Shown: one piece after another, positions 26,888 through 41,000 of the stretch
Layout of the letters: every line of letters begins with the position of its first letter
How positions within the stretch are numbered: position 1 is the stretch's first letter
NCBI RefSeq assembly: GCF_964204865.1
Contig: NC_135261.1
Location: 12,090,001 to 12,154,000, forward strand
Direction of reading: 5' to 3'
Length of the DNA: 64,000 nt
Source: Styela clava
Taxonomy: Eukaryota
Translations under genes and position numbers: made by a program
Notes under the pieces: generated by a model
Told to the model about the DNA's origin: nothing
Seen by the model: only the letters and a program-made list of their open reading frames with translations
Database searches by the model: none

Positions 26888-29867
26888 ACGTACACTTTCA
26901 TACTTTTCTGTCGGCATCAATATGAAACTATTAGTTTTATAATACAACGTAAATAATATTTTACATATTCGTAACACCAAACAATATTCAGCAACTGATG
27001 AACATTTTGTCATGCTATTTTATACATAATTCAACTATTAACTTACAATTATGAGACATTACGCAATTAAAGTAATGTTAAAAAATTAAACAAAAAATGG
27101 AAGCTGAAAATGTTTTTGGTGTAGCTGTTTGTAAGGTTAAAATATGAAAAAGTAACCGAGGGCGATATAGATACCACAGGATTTTCATGCATTCATACAA
27201 AATGAAATCGCAAGATTTAAAAAAATTTGAAAATCAGTGTACGCTGCGGCCTGCGAAAATTCCATGTATGTTCGACAACCGCTAATATGTTAGCCTAGAT
27301 TCCTATTAAATATCATATATATATATAATTCAAATGCTGCGCAATGAAATAACTAGTGAACGAATTTGGAAATACATAAAGGACCGATGAATACGGAAGT
27401 AATACATCGTTAACTAGATTCAGACTGACTGGCAAAGTTAAAGTTACATTTCACAGTAACGTTCAAGATTGTTAGGCGACCTAGCGACGACGCAGTTATT
27501 TTTGTATACTGTTGGTATTTATATTTTAGAATCATCACAATTGTTGTGTAGAGCAGATGAAAATAAAATAAACTTGGGTGTTAAGCAATTTTACTTGAAT
27601 AATTTAAAAAGAAAATTAAAAAAAAAAAAAGATTCTATGAGGTAATTAGGTTCTACCTATTTTCAAATGATTTTTTAAATATAATGGCAAATTAATTTTT
27701 TTCTAAAAAGGAAAAACAGGATATCATACAAAACAAAACTCGGGTCACCAAAATAATTTTCTCCTACGGTAATAATTGATGTATGAAGGTGGGTTGCTGC
27801 GTGATTATTGACAACCAGTTTGATACGTTTCTCACACAGTTTTTCAATCAAAATACAATAAAAAAAAATTTTGCATTGGGAGTGTATATAAAAAGAACGC
27901 AGAATTATTTTATGGCTTGAACACAATTTTTAGGACGCCTATACGAAACTACTTCATATACATCATTGGCACGTCTTATTTTGCAGCGACAAAGTGAATG
28001 GATATATGAATCGTCTTGCTTGTTTTTGATATAATCTTATTGGGATTTTCGTTACTATATTTTTAACATTCAATTCAAAGATATTCAATCAAAATTTCAA
28101 TATTCAAATACGCCCGAAAAATAAATAAGAAAGCCAATTGGCCCTATAAGCAGTGTATTATTTTCCACACAAACACGAGTTCCAACAAAAACTTGAAATA
28201 CTTCAGCGTTTTGGAAAAATTCGCAGACGTACAGGAAATTGGTGACTGATCAAAACATTGATCAGCCATAGCAACCAAAAAATGAATTTTGATTTGCACG
28301 ATAACAATCATTTACAGAAATATTGTTGCGATTCAGTCATGACTCGACGAAGAAACAGATAGGATTTTATACAATAAAACTATTTTTTGAAACTGAGTTG
28401 AGAAGATTTCAGAAATATATGGGAGACAAAAAGGGACAGATGTGCAATGGGATTTTCCTTGTACTATAATAAAACATTTTTTAGGACAGTTCGTTTTTTT
28501 TTTCTAGAGTACTTATAATATTTAAAAAAAATACGTCTAAAATGTTCGCCATGGCGATCTAAGGATCGTGAAGTTGACGTCCAACATCGCGTCACCGTCG
28601 GCCTAACTAGGGTAGGGTGGTGGCATTTTCGTTAACCGTCGGCCTAGCTTTTTGACTGTTAGGTTTGTTATCAAGGTTAGAGAAATTCTTTTGATTTTGC
28701 TATAGGCAAACAAGTAAGTCTAAAGAATAAAGGCAAAGAGGTCAACTCTTCCTCCTCCATCTCTGCCTGGTTTTACTTTGAAATGCTGAACAAATTAATT
28801 ATCTTCGCTAAACTCAATTCAGCAGATAAATTAAGAAACAATAAAACATTTATAATAAATGCAATATGTAAAATATTCAATCATATTTTATGTATGTTTG
28901 ACATAATTCTGTTAGTTTTCGCGGCGCATTTGGCAACTTGCCACGGCGAACCGGTTTGTAACTGCTACATTATATTGTTATTCTTTATCAGTTTTACCCT
29001 TTCATTTTTTGGTATTCTACGAGACGAGATAAAAGTGTAAGTGTTCCGTGGCCGAAAAAGTTTGGGAAACGCTGCAATATAATTTTATAAATATAATATT
29101 TAGTTTTAGATATTAATTAAATTTGATAACATATTTTCACAAGATTTCGATCTGTCAATTCCAACTATATGTATAACTAATTGAAGGATTTCTCCTGAAT
29201 TTATATTTATGCAATCGTATTATAACACACTTGAGCTCTCCTCCTTGGTATGTCATAAAAATCTAGAAATGTGTATTTTAGGATGTTAACAGTCTTTCAA
29301 ACGAATTTGAAGGACGTTTACTGATGAGACAATATAGTGATTAATATTGTAAATTAGATTGAAATTCAAGTTCACTAAGTGAAAAGAATAACATATGGTA
29401 TTCTCTTTCCATGAGATGACAAAAATATTCGTTTGGCTTTCAATAGATCATAGTTTAATTTCTCAAGACAAAATAAGATATACCTAAATCAAACAGCGAA
29501 ACTTATACTTGTTATGTCGTGGAACGAGATTTATTATTCTTATTTATCACTTTATTATAACCTCGTTTAGCATGTTTGTGGCAACAGTCTCCCATGGATA
29601 CGAAGAAGAGAGTGGATAGGGACGAGGAACCTGCATTTCAATAAGGATATTCTTGTAAATTAGTTGATAGAGCAATCTTGTGAATATATATAAATGTTTT
29701 CAGTAAACATAATCTTATATATTCATAAATTGAATCTCATACTATCTTTGTGCACACTTTCCTACTTCAACCACCCTTGATTTCCGATCCAGAGATGTTG
29801 TTGCACAAAACTAATTACGATATTTCACAACACTATAAATTAACAGATTAATATACCTAATGAGGAC

Positions 29868-32426
29868 ATGGAATTTCGCATACTGTTATGCATGTTGTAT
29901 GCTTGGTCGTCTTTTTCGTTGATTTGTGCGCATGGAGACTATGGTTCAATACTTGCGGAACAATTGAATCAGTATTGCAATGCAAGAGAAGGATCCTCTG
30001 AACAATCCCCGAGGACTGGAAAAGCTGGGCCAAGAGGTTTACCAGGACCTGCTGGACCTCCTGGTTTGGTAAACTACACCGTTGTGGAAGAAATGATAGA
30101 AGAACGACTTGAAGGTTTATATTAGTTTATTAATAAAACTACATAGAATATGTTGATCCAATATTTGCGGTTTTGACAAATGATTCTTTACTTCGCGGAA
30201 AGTCTTTAAGAACTAAAACTAGTAAATTGTACAAATTAACTTGAAATACACTTGATCTAAGTAATTTCCAGTGTGAAGTCGGAATTATGTACACATTGAA
30301 CATATATTGCATTCTCAGCGATTGTCAAAACGAGGAATTCGGACTGCGTCCATGTTAGAGAAGATTCTGCTAAAATTAGAAATGAAAGTGGTGGAGTATT
30401 TGATATTCATTCTGAAAGGTCTGGGAGAAAAATGGAAGTTTATTGTGATCTCACTACTGATGGTGGAGGATGGACGGTAAAAATTAGCAATTTGTATTAT
30501 TAATTCACATATATGGAGTGTAAAATTCAAAAATGGTCTCCGTTCAAATACTACTACATTTAGGCTTTGTAACTGCCATGCATGTAGTCTGCTGTGGAAC
30601 CTATTATTCATGAACGGAATTAAGTATCTACAACCAGTCATTTGCAGCATACTAGCCAAATATTTAGTAATAGTGAAGAACGATTGACAATATATTAGGG
30701 GAAGTCTGGATTATTCAAATTGCAATTCAAATCTTGGAACTATCCCATGGATGTGCGATATACCAACACCTTTGCATATTGTTATGTAGGTTTTCCAAAG
30801 ACGTGTTGACGGAAGTCTTAATTTCAATAGAAACTGGTTGGATTATGTTGCCGGGTTTGGAAATCTTCAACACGAATTTTGGTTAGGTAAGTTGGTTTTT
30901 CTAGAAAAAAGATGAATTTATTCAATATGTTAAAATACTGAAATGCTCTCAACGTGAAATCGTTGGCATAATTTGATGCTAAATCTAATATTGTCGCGAA
31001 TAACTTCATTAATTTAATTGGTTTTCCCTTTTAAGGTCTAGAAAAGCTACATCGTCTGACATATGAAGGGAACTTTGAATTAAGAATCGATTTAGAAGAC
31101 GGGGAAGGAAGGAAGGGATATGCTTCATACACGTAAGAAACTTTGGTGATAAGATTAGGCAAATGTCAACATTGTTGATTTTTTTCGTCGCTTTTTCAAT
31201 TATATCAATTATTTATATATGAGACTGAGTTGATGAAAGCGCTCTACGTTTAGGTGCGCAATGACTTCCAGATGTATAAAGAGAGTTGCTGTTTTCGAGT
31301 TACTATTTGTATACATGGTAATGAATTTACGGACCTCCTGAAGTATGCGCACCAAGATGGCGCACAACCCGAAATCATGTTGTTTACCAGGTTAGGGTTC
31401 AGGTTATGCGACATCTTGGTGCGCATACTTCAGGAGTACCGAATTTACTATTTGTTTACATTTCGAATAAATTTTAACCAACCTAGGTGCAAAATAAAAA
31501 AAAGTCAGAATATCATAATTTTCGCGTTTTGCTCATTTGCTTATTTATTGCAATATAATAGAAAACATCGTTTCAGAGCTACGTGTCGTACTGCATTCCA
31601 AATATTGACTCATATATTTGCTATCCATTTTCCCAAACGCTGGTATTGTAGATACTAAAATAGAATTGAACTAGAGCTGCGTGCAGCTTTAACAGGCTCC
31701 CCGCGTAAAAAAAACTGAAGACGCGTTTTGCTCACTGGAGCGTGAAAGCGTGGTCAGTCATGCATAAAATTTGCAGTTTATGATGGGGGACTTATTATCT
31801 GCATGTGATGTAAATTTCAAGTCTCTAAGTAGTGTCGTTCTCGAGAAAAAGATGAAAAGGTAAAATCCTATATTGCTCACTGGAGCGTATCGCCGAGGTC
31901 ACTCAAGCGTATCCTTGACATATCGTATCCGGAACATGTCCATTAATCATTGTTAAAAATTTCAACCCAATAGCATGTATCAATTTTGAGAAATCGCAAA
32001 AAAACTGAAAACACGTTTTGCCCACTGGAGCGTGAAAGCGTGGTCAGTCATGCATAAAATTTGCAATTTATGATGGGGGACTTATTATCTGCATGTGATG
32101 TAAATTTCAAGTCTCTAAGTAGTGTCGTTCTCGAGAAGAAGATGAAAATGTAAAATCCTTTATTGCTCACTGGAGCGTATCGCCGAGGTCACTCATGCGT
32201 ATCCTTGACATATTGTATCCGGAACATGTCCATTAATCATTGTTATGAATTTCAACCCAATAGCAAGTATCAATTTTGAGAAATCGCAAAAAAACTGAAA
32301 ACGCGTTTTGCTCACTGGAGCGTGAAAGCGTGGTCAGTCATGCATAAAATTTGCATTTTATTGCTAGCTGAGAACTTCTGCACATTTGAGGTGAATTTAA
32401 AGTTTGTAGGACCAATTTGAAAAAAA

Positions 32427-32466
<40 letters not shown>

Positions 32467-32948
32467 CACAGGAATACAATAGGTTCCCTGCTGACAAGCA
32501 GCGGGAAGCCTAATAATAGTATTTATTGGTTCAAGTTAAAAGAAAGTTCACCTTAAAATTGGCAACAACGCTATAGGATAACAATGTTATATATATACAA
32601 TATATATTGTACAGAATTTTTTCCATTGGCGACGCTTCAACAAAATATAGACTTAACGTTGGAGGATATTATGGAACAGCAGGAGATTCTCTTTCTTATC
32701 ATAACGGACTCAAATTTTCGACACCGGACCAAGATAACGATATTCATTCATCTAACTGCGCTGCGGGTCATAGAGGTGCGTGGTGGTATCACAGTTGTCA
32801 CATATCCAATCTTAATGGAGAATACGCAGCACCTGTTGGAAAGTACATTACCAAAGGTAACGCATATGGAATCGAATGGCATCGCTGGAATAATGCTTAC
32901 TACTATTCAATGAAATCTGTAGAAATGAAGTTTCGACCAGCTTATTGA
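29868..32948 (+). CDS. Ficolin-like lectin (signal peptide, 6 Gly-X-Y triplets, neck, fibrinogen C-terminal domain), about 310 aa
   Basis: Exons 29868-30114, 30319-30476, 30790-30886, 31036-31132 and 32615-32948 form an open 933-nt frame. Motifs: [70 protein letters not shown]. Confidence 0.92.
31331..31440. mobile_element. Short MITE related to the 4889 element (GG..CC termini, 8-bp TSD)
   Basis: TIR GGACCTCCTGAAGTATGCGCACCAAGATG / CATCTTGGTGCGCATACTTCAGGAGTACC, TSD GAATTTAC at 31323-31330 and 31441-31448, and an internal ACCAGGTTAGGGTT. Confidence 0.88.
31670..32513 (+). mobile_element. Helentron/HINE-like element carrying ~2.2 copies of a 290-bp tandem repeat
   Basis: Units recur at 31730, 32020 and 32310, with an (AAT)n run at ~32427-32463 and a 3' hairpin AGGTTCCCTGCTGACAAGCAGCGGGAAGCCT. 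The 5' AGGCTCCCCGC is complementary to the 3' arm. The element is absent from the paralogous intron at ~63115-63125, with no TSD. Confidence 0.75.
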
Positions 32949-33539
32949 AATTACAGTATGCCTCATTTATCATACTTTACTGAAATAGAAATAAATTTAC
33001 TGGCCAATTTTCAATTTCTACAATGTGACTATACGTAATTTGTTTTTCATCCTTTTTCACATACTCCCATGTATATCCTCGCTATTCTGTTCATAATGAG
33101 TCAAATTTCTTGTCCAATGTTCCCTTACTTTGATATCTGAAACGTCAGTGACTACGATAAGTCAAAATTGTATTTCACACTTGTGCTGTGAATAAGAAGA
33201 CAACGCAAATTAATACACGGCAGAACGCGCTGAAATTGTATCATAAAATTACCTGTAGAAATATCATGCGTAACAATACAGTGTATATACAACAAACCCA
33301 TGATGACGGTCAAATGATATAATCGTAAAATAAAAAATTATACTTCTCATTTTTGTGATTCCGTATGAGGTGGTGTCCTGGTCGTATTTATCTCAGGAAG
33401 GGTGCCGATGCCTAGAGGCTTCAATCTTCGGGGGCCTTGACATTTTGTGAACTATTTCATTTTCTAGTGCTAGAACAGGATCATTTGGTACTTTAGCCAC
33501 ATCTCTATAAATTATTCAAAAATGCAATATAATGCATGC

Positions 33540-33892
33540 ACAAGAGAGCGATGTACACAAAGGCAAAACAAAGTAGCACGGAAAATACGGAATATGTCAC
33601 ATAAGACTACCAGTACCGCAGCATTCACGACTTCGTCTGACCACCAGATGGCGAACGCGGAATCGCCGCACCGTGCGATATTTTTATTTTATTTTCAATG
33701 ATAGGAATTCCTTAGACAACACAGAAATTATTGAAAAAATTATATAATAATCAAGCTAAAAATCTTCAACCACTGAAAATTTCAAAGTAATTAGTTCCGT
33801 AGTTGATGAGAAAAACAATTTTTATAACAACAACAGCAAGAACATAAATACAAAATGACAAAACGATCTATATGTTACCTCATATCCAATAA
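33540..33892 (+). repeat. Dispersed HINE-like repeat family, copy 1
   Basis: Starts ACAAGAGAGC and shares AATCTT..ACCACT.AAAATTTCAA..GAGAAAA..(AAC)n..AAACGATC with 59101-59381 and, in reverse, ~55905-56050. Confidence 0.55.
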
Positions 33893-35006
33893 GTAATACA
33901 AAATACTTAATTTCTTCAAAACAATACAGTGTCGAATTACAACTTTCATATATATATATATATATTGTGACTTTAAGAACTTCAACATAATGACACTGAC
34001 AAATATACAAATAGTCGTCAAGTTAGAATGTCATCGTCTAATTAACAGTTAGCCTTACAAACTTTGGGATTGGAGGTCAGAATGACAAAATGCTGACGAC
34101 ATAAAAAACCATTAGAGTATTTTAAAGTGAGATGACGAACAATTCACACGTACTAAAATAATTCAAATCCGAAAATAACATTAGATAACGGAAACCTGGA
34201 GGGCATTTGGTAGTTTCAATTGAGGCTTCCTTAGATTACCACATTCGTACAACGAAACGTTTCATTGAAAAACAAGTGTAGATATATTCGAGGTTCTATT
34301 AAATAATATGCTTTTTAATGTTGCTCATATCATAAGATTCAAAGTGTCTCAAAAAACACACGATTCCTAAATTGTAGCGGGTATAATTACTAAGCTCATG
34401 CTTTTGAAACTGTATTTCCATTACGCATATAGATAATTTACAAAAAATACAAATCATCAACCACAATAACACGAACACGCAGTTTCTAACTCAAACCACA
34501 TTTTAAACCAGTACTTAAAGAATTAACTAATTTCGACTAACCCCCACACTATAACACGTTTTGTGCACACATTAGGATTCCCCGTAAAATTATATTTGCA
34601 TAAAAAGTGATGAATGAGTTATAAAAAGGATTGCTGACGATAAACGACACGATTTTATAAAGTATCGTTTATATTGAGATGTCATAATTCAGATGACGTA
34701 TTGATGCCACCTAACATATAAATAGTGCCAAAACAGCTATAGAAGAATCCAGACTCTAGCTTCTTGAGATTTATAATTTATATCGTTTATAAGAGAGAGT
34801 ATAACTATTTTGTATATATATATTAGTTATATCGGGTTTGTATTTGGGTTGTAGTTTGAGGACGGAATAACCATCTTTGCTTTATAACAAACAACCAAAC
34901 AATTACCTAGTACGAAAAATGTCACAATAGAATAATTAATATTATTTCATTTTCCGCCCGTTCGACAGTCGAAATTATTGGTGTTTAAAAAATATGACTG
35001 ATCAAA

Positions 35007-38000
35007 ATGATAGCAATCAACGAACAAGCGTAAGCAATAAAAAGTTCCCATACATCGTTAAATAGATTTCCCATGAATTGATACAAAACAGCCGAATTAG
35101 AAAGAAATAGTAAAAGCTTTTAGCGATTTTTTCGATCTGTTAGACGCTGAAAATTTGAAGTTGTTGATTCATTTGTTTTTGAGGAGAGCGCGGTATTTTT
35201 CAATAACGACTATCACTTCATGAGGAAAGACAAATATTCCCTAGACCAGGGGTTCTCAAACTTTAGGTGTTGCGGAGCCCTTGAAAAGGTTGACTATTAT
35301 TCACGGAGCCACAAAATAAATGTTAAAATTGTTACATTCGGTTTAATATTCCTGAGCAAGTTAAAAGTACTACTCAATTTAAATGCTGAACCTTTTTTAA
35401 TAGGGTTAATACAAGTCATAAATAAATCTAAATTTTAAACATAAATTATATATACTAAAGCTGTTAATTTAACACTTGACAAACATACTAATAAATTAGG
35501 GGTAGAATCTTTTCCCTTTTGACATTTTTTGAAAACTTAAAAGGCTGCTAATAATGTGCGCGCTTGCATTTTGTTACAATCGCCGATTTTTTCCCTTAGC
35601 ATGGCGTGTTTTTGAACCTTTATACATCTTTACGTCGGTGTTTATTCTCCCTAAATCAAAAATTTCCCCTGGCATATACATGAATTGTTAGACAATGACG
35701 ACCTTCATTGTTTTTTTGTTTTCGTGGGGAATTATAAGTTCAATGTGAAAAACATGTTACCATATTATAGTCATCGGCGACGAAATGCGAAACTTAAAAT
35801 GAAAGATCACAAGTTTGGTTTCAGCAGACTCACATAGAATTGAAAACGCTTTTGTAGACATTCTAAATCACAAAATTTGGTGTTATGTTAGGTTTTCATC
35901 GTAGTTAGTGCGAAACCGAAACACAGTCAATTGTGCGCGCGATGTACCTTCCCAATTTTGAAACTACCGAGCCGAATGCAATAAAATAAATTCCAATTGT
36001 TCGTATTTTGCCCAGACATTGTGATTTTTTAAACGGCGATATCTTGCTTAAAAATAATCTCAAGTGCGAAAGGACAAATCAAGTTTGACAAATCCCAAGA
36101 TCGCAAAAATACGACTCCAATTTATTTATTGTTGACAGTTTATCACATATTTTATGTTATTTTAGAATAATATTCTTTCATTTTAGTAATCCTAATAGTA
36201 ATCTCGAATCAAACGTGAGTAACGATGAGCACAACTACATTATAACGACGAGACACGTTAAATGCTCGCATCGGACATGGATTGAATATTTTACGCAACA
36301 GAAATCTCGTTATACGTTTTTTCAATCGCGAAAAATGTTGCGCGGAAATTTCCGATTCCAATTTTGAACCACCTCCCTCTTAAGAATCCTGGCTGCGCTC
36401 CTGCTTATAAATAATGCCATTTTTTAATTCCGCCATTTTGCCATATTACGAGGCTATATTGTCAGATTTTATCAAAGCTGTTATTGCGTCTTTGAACAGT
36501 TACAGAAATCTCGTTATACGTTTTTTTAATCGCGAAGAATGTTACGCGGAAATTTCCGATTCCATTTTTAAACCACCTCCCTCTTAAGAATCCTGGCTGC
36601 GCTCCTGCCTATAAATAATGCCATTTTTTAATTCCGCCACTTTGCCATATTTTGAGGCTATATTGTCAGATTTTATCAAAGCTGTTATTGCGTCTTTGAA
36701 CAGTTACAAAATTAGTCAGTATTTTGAAAAGTAATCGAATAACTCGCGGAGCCCTGGGTTTTTCTCGCGGAGCACTTTGAGAACCTATGCCCTAGACCAG
36801 GGGTTCTAAACCTGGGGTTCGCGAACCCCCAGGGGTTCACGAGAAGATTTCCAGAGGTACTTGGAAGGCAGTCGAGTTTTTGTGTGTTGTTGTTTTTATT
36901 ATCCTTTATTACAACCAAAGGAAAAAGCATGTCAATTGAAACGTAGATTTCCACTGATCTTGCGTTATTGTGATTGTGACGCAACAATGTGGAATTCACG
37001 GCTTTGTAGGCAAACTGAAATCTCTAAGACAGCGTGCAACGAGCATTAGAGAAAGTGATCTTGCTTATTAAAACTTGGAACGATTTTGAGAATTCATTAG
37101 TTAGGCAGACGACAAGGGCAATATTATCAACGCAGAGATTTAATTTAGTTACATATGGTTAATAAATTGTCTTGCAACAAATTGTTATTCAATTTATCAC
37201 AACTTTGTTCGATGCCTGATTACGGGGGTTCGCGTCGCTTGCTTCGTGACTCGGGGGGTACTTGACAGAAAAAAGGTTGAGAACCCCTGCCGCAGACGAT
37301 CTATATGTAACGCGTGTAAAATATTTCCGCTTTTATGATTTAAATAGAATAACATATATATTGTTATATTCACGTAACAATTCGGACACGATTGTTGACG
37401 AAGTATGTTAGTTTCACCTCAAAGGTAAGTACACTCTCATCGGTACTTTTTATGGTTTTATCACATTTGAACCTACGACGATTGCACGTATGATTTTCTT
37501 TTACGGATATTTGAACCCATACTAACCCGAACTCATGGGTTTTAGCACCCGAATATAGATTGAACCCGCGGTTATACACATTGGTTCAAATGTACGTGGG
37601 TTCAAATGTACGGTCACCACTTTTTATACAAGGTCTACGAAATAATAACATGCAAAATAGTCACTTTTGCCTGATTATCTAAAAAGATTGGACGATATGA
37701 TATAAATCGAAGTCTAATAATTGACCTGGTAACAAAACAAACACAAGACAAAACAAGCATATATATATATATATATATATATCATTTTTTGAACAATTCA
37801 AAATAATGTGTTAAAGTGCCATGTTTAAATATTTGCGTCAGTATAGATCTATCTTTGGTGAACAAAAATAGACTGCATATTATGTTTAGCTCAACAATAA
37901 TTTATTTTTCTACAGCATCGCTTGGGTACTACTGCTTTCCACGTTAATTCTTGTTAGTGTTGGTGAGTGAAACACATATTAAGATTTTTTCATATTTAAG

Positions 38001-41000
38001 CGGAATGATATTTCTCTGAAATGCATCTGCCATAATTGCAGTCACAAAAAGGCTAATGAAGCCTTGGAAGTTATATTCTTCACATTTTATCAGCGGGGAA
38101 AACGGTTAAACAAGCATAATAACTGAAGCATGATGTCCAAATCCGTCTTTTATAAATATTAAATATCTTACACGGCAATGCTCATAAACATTGTGCAATG
38201 AAATAACAAAATCATTAGATTTGCGTAAATTTTTATTGATACTGTACCGACGTTGTAAGCAGTTCTGATTAGTTTGTTTTGGTTGATCGAACGGTGGGAA
38301 AATGCTGGAGCTCTTCCTCGCATATTTAGTCGTTGTGTATGATATAATGTGAGCTGTGTTATATATATATATATATAATATCTGATTATGCAACAGAATG
38401 CGAGAAAAGAGAATGTTCAGATAAACTGGGCTATTGTGCACAGATCAAAGAATATTGCAATTCGACAGAATATGTTGTGTTTTTGAAAGAAAATTGTTTC
38501 AAAACATGTTTTAATTGCACAGGTAAGAAAATTCGTGCCTTCTTCAATTTTTTTCTTTTCTTGTTTTCTCCCATACCTTGTTCACTTTTCTTAGTCTTTT
38601 ACACCTTTCTACTGCTTTTCATTATTTCGTGAACAATTTTAGGACTCGATTGTGGCGATTGTGAAGATGGTTGCACCGAAAGTGATAACGGTGAAATTAC
38701 TTGCACTTGTTATCCAGGTTTCAAACTTTCTCCAGACGGAAAATCATGCCAAGGTGATATTTCGATGGTACCCTGTGATTATTGGTTATTAGCAATCAGC
38801 AGCCTACTACCCCTCTATTCATTTCATATTGTGGGTTTCAAATTTATTTACTTTTTTTTAGAAAACCCATACAATTTTGTGTCTTCAATTTCTGTGAATT
38901 GCTGTATTGTCTTTCCATCCTGTTCCACTAAAGAAGAGCAGTCAGAAACGCTGTTCTAATGTTTAGTCATTCTGCATATATTCTATTTTATTTCATGAAG
39001 TTTAAACATTTTCTTTTAGATATAAATGAATGTTCGTTGTCACCATGTTCCTCGAATATGAAGTGGTGCAAAAACTTTGTGGGAGGATTCAGCTGTCATC
39101 GTTTATCATGTTCTGAGATTTCAATTAATTACTCTTCAAAAATGCACAATCCTAACGAATGCTGCCATATTACACACGGTGACACTTCGATTTGCGTCTA
39201 CTATTTATGATAACTATTTTTTTTTAATCGGAGAACCAAAAAGTAAACCTTGAAATCAGTCTAGAAATAATTATATCAAGGCGTGTGAATTTTTATAAAA
39301 TCTCTAATTAATCATTTTAAACACTGCGTATGATGGTGTCAAAATTCTGTGAAAAATCTGAACTTTATTTTTGATGTATGATTTAATACACGTGAGCAAA
39401 TATCCACAAATAAATGACTAATTATCCCTATATCTGTGGTAATTTTCTAGGCAAATGCGGACAGGATGGTTGGACGCGATACCCCTCGTTACCACGAAGA
39501 CCGATAAACAAATGGCCGTGGACGGTACGAATTTCATATTACAGCTCAGCCAAATTCTTCAATAAGATATCAATAACTCAATTATACAGTATATATATTA
39601 TATTATATATTGGCATTTTACTATCTTACATCGCGTTTAATCAAATCATTATTTTTACAGGCTGCACTTTACACCGGGAGAAAGTTAAAATGTACAGGGG
39701 TTATTATTGATAAAAATTCGGTTGTGATTCCTACGAGTTGCGTTCGGTATGTTCTGTAATTAAGTAAATCAATATAAGTATTTTTTCCAATTATTGATAC
39801 ATGTTTGATCAACAATCGTTACAAACACTATTTATTTATAGAAGTCCAATCGGCACAGGCTAATCTTATTCTGAGGGTGATATGCCTCTCGATATTATCA
39901 TTTAAAAAAAATTCTGAATTGATTAATGCTACAAGGGTAATTCAATCCGCCTTATAAAACGAAATAATTTGAAAAATAAAAATATCTTCTTATTATGAAT
40001 TGGAATTGAGCGGCGGTGTGGCTCAACGGGCTAAGCGTTAGGAATACGCTCGCCACCGCACCTCTAGTCACTCTGCGTGGGTTCGCAGGTTCGAATACAT
40101 GCATGGATAGTTATGTGCGAGAGGATTGCTGGACTCCTCGCCGTCGTTGTGTGGTTCACGTAACCGCTGGTCGGTTACGGCTTCCTCCACCACCAAGTCC
40201 ATGCTTCCGAAAACAAACAATATAACTTATCCCATACCCGACTTGGAATGGTAACCGGACGAGAAGCCGTGGTTCGCCATATGGATAAGCCTTCTTATCG
40301 GCTTTCCTCTCCCCCTGGATAAATATGTAAATCCTATCCTATCCTATATCGGCTTTCTTCTCCCCCGGGATAAATATGTAAATCCTATCCTATCCTATAG
40401 CATAGAAATTTATTCCAATAAATGGAAATATATGTGTAGGCCTATGTGAAAGTACATTTTAAACAAATATTATGTTTCATATATTGCTACGATACATATC
40501 GACTACATTGCAGAAAAGTGGTGATCAAATCGAATCTGAAACAATTACAAGTGAAAGTTGGATTGACGGGATTCACGTCTACGCCATATTCTGTTCGACG
40601 AAATGTAATAAAAGTACGTGATGTGCAAGTTGTAATCAGATAATATGCTTCAACATGGTGCACTGTAGTATTTCATTATAAAGATTCCAGTTTAGGCATT
40701 CGGAAAACTATAATAGTTTTATTTTTAGTGTTTTTTTAAATCACTAGGTAATAACTAAACCTCCTCTATAAACGATGAATCTTACGTACCCTTCTAACAG
40801 CACCAAAAAGCCTGAAACGAGGATTACCATATTTCTCCGCGTATAATACGCACTTTCATTGTCAAACTTAGTATCACAAACATGGGGGTGCGTGTTATAT
40901 ATTGGTTTTGCAAATATCGAAAAATATTAATTCTCATTTTATGTTTCAACTGGCTATTAATTGTCACATTTATTACTTGTACTTGTTTACATCTTAGATG

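Noticed and set aside
31706-32360. Regular repeats read as a CRISPR-like array
   Set aside because: The whole 290-bp unit repeats with no unique spacers, there are no cas genes, and the context is a eukaryotic intron.
40010-40100. tRNA gene
   Set aside because: No convincing cloverleaf or acceptor stem and no oligo-T terminator. It continues into a SINE body with a simple-repeat tail.
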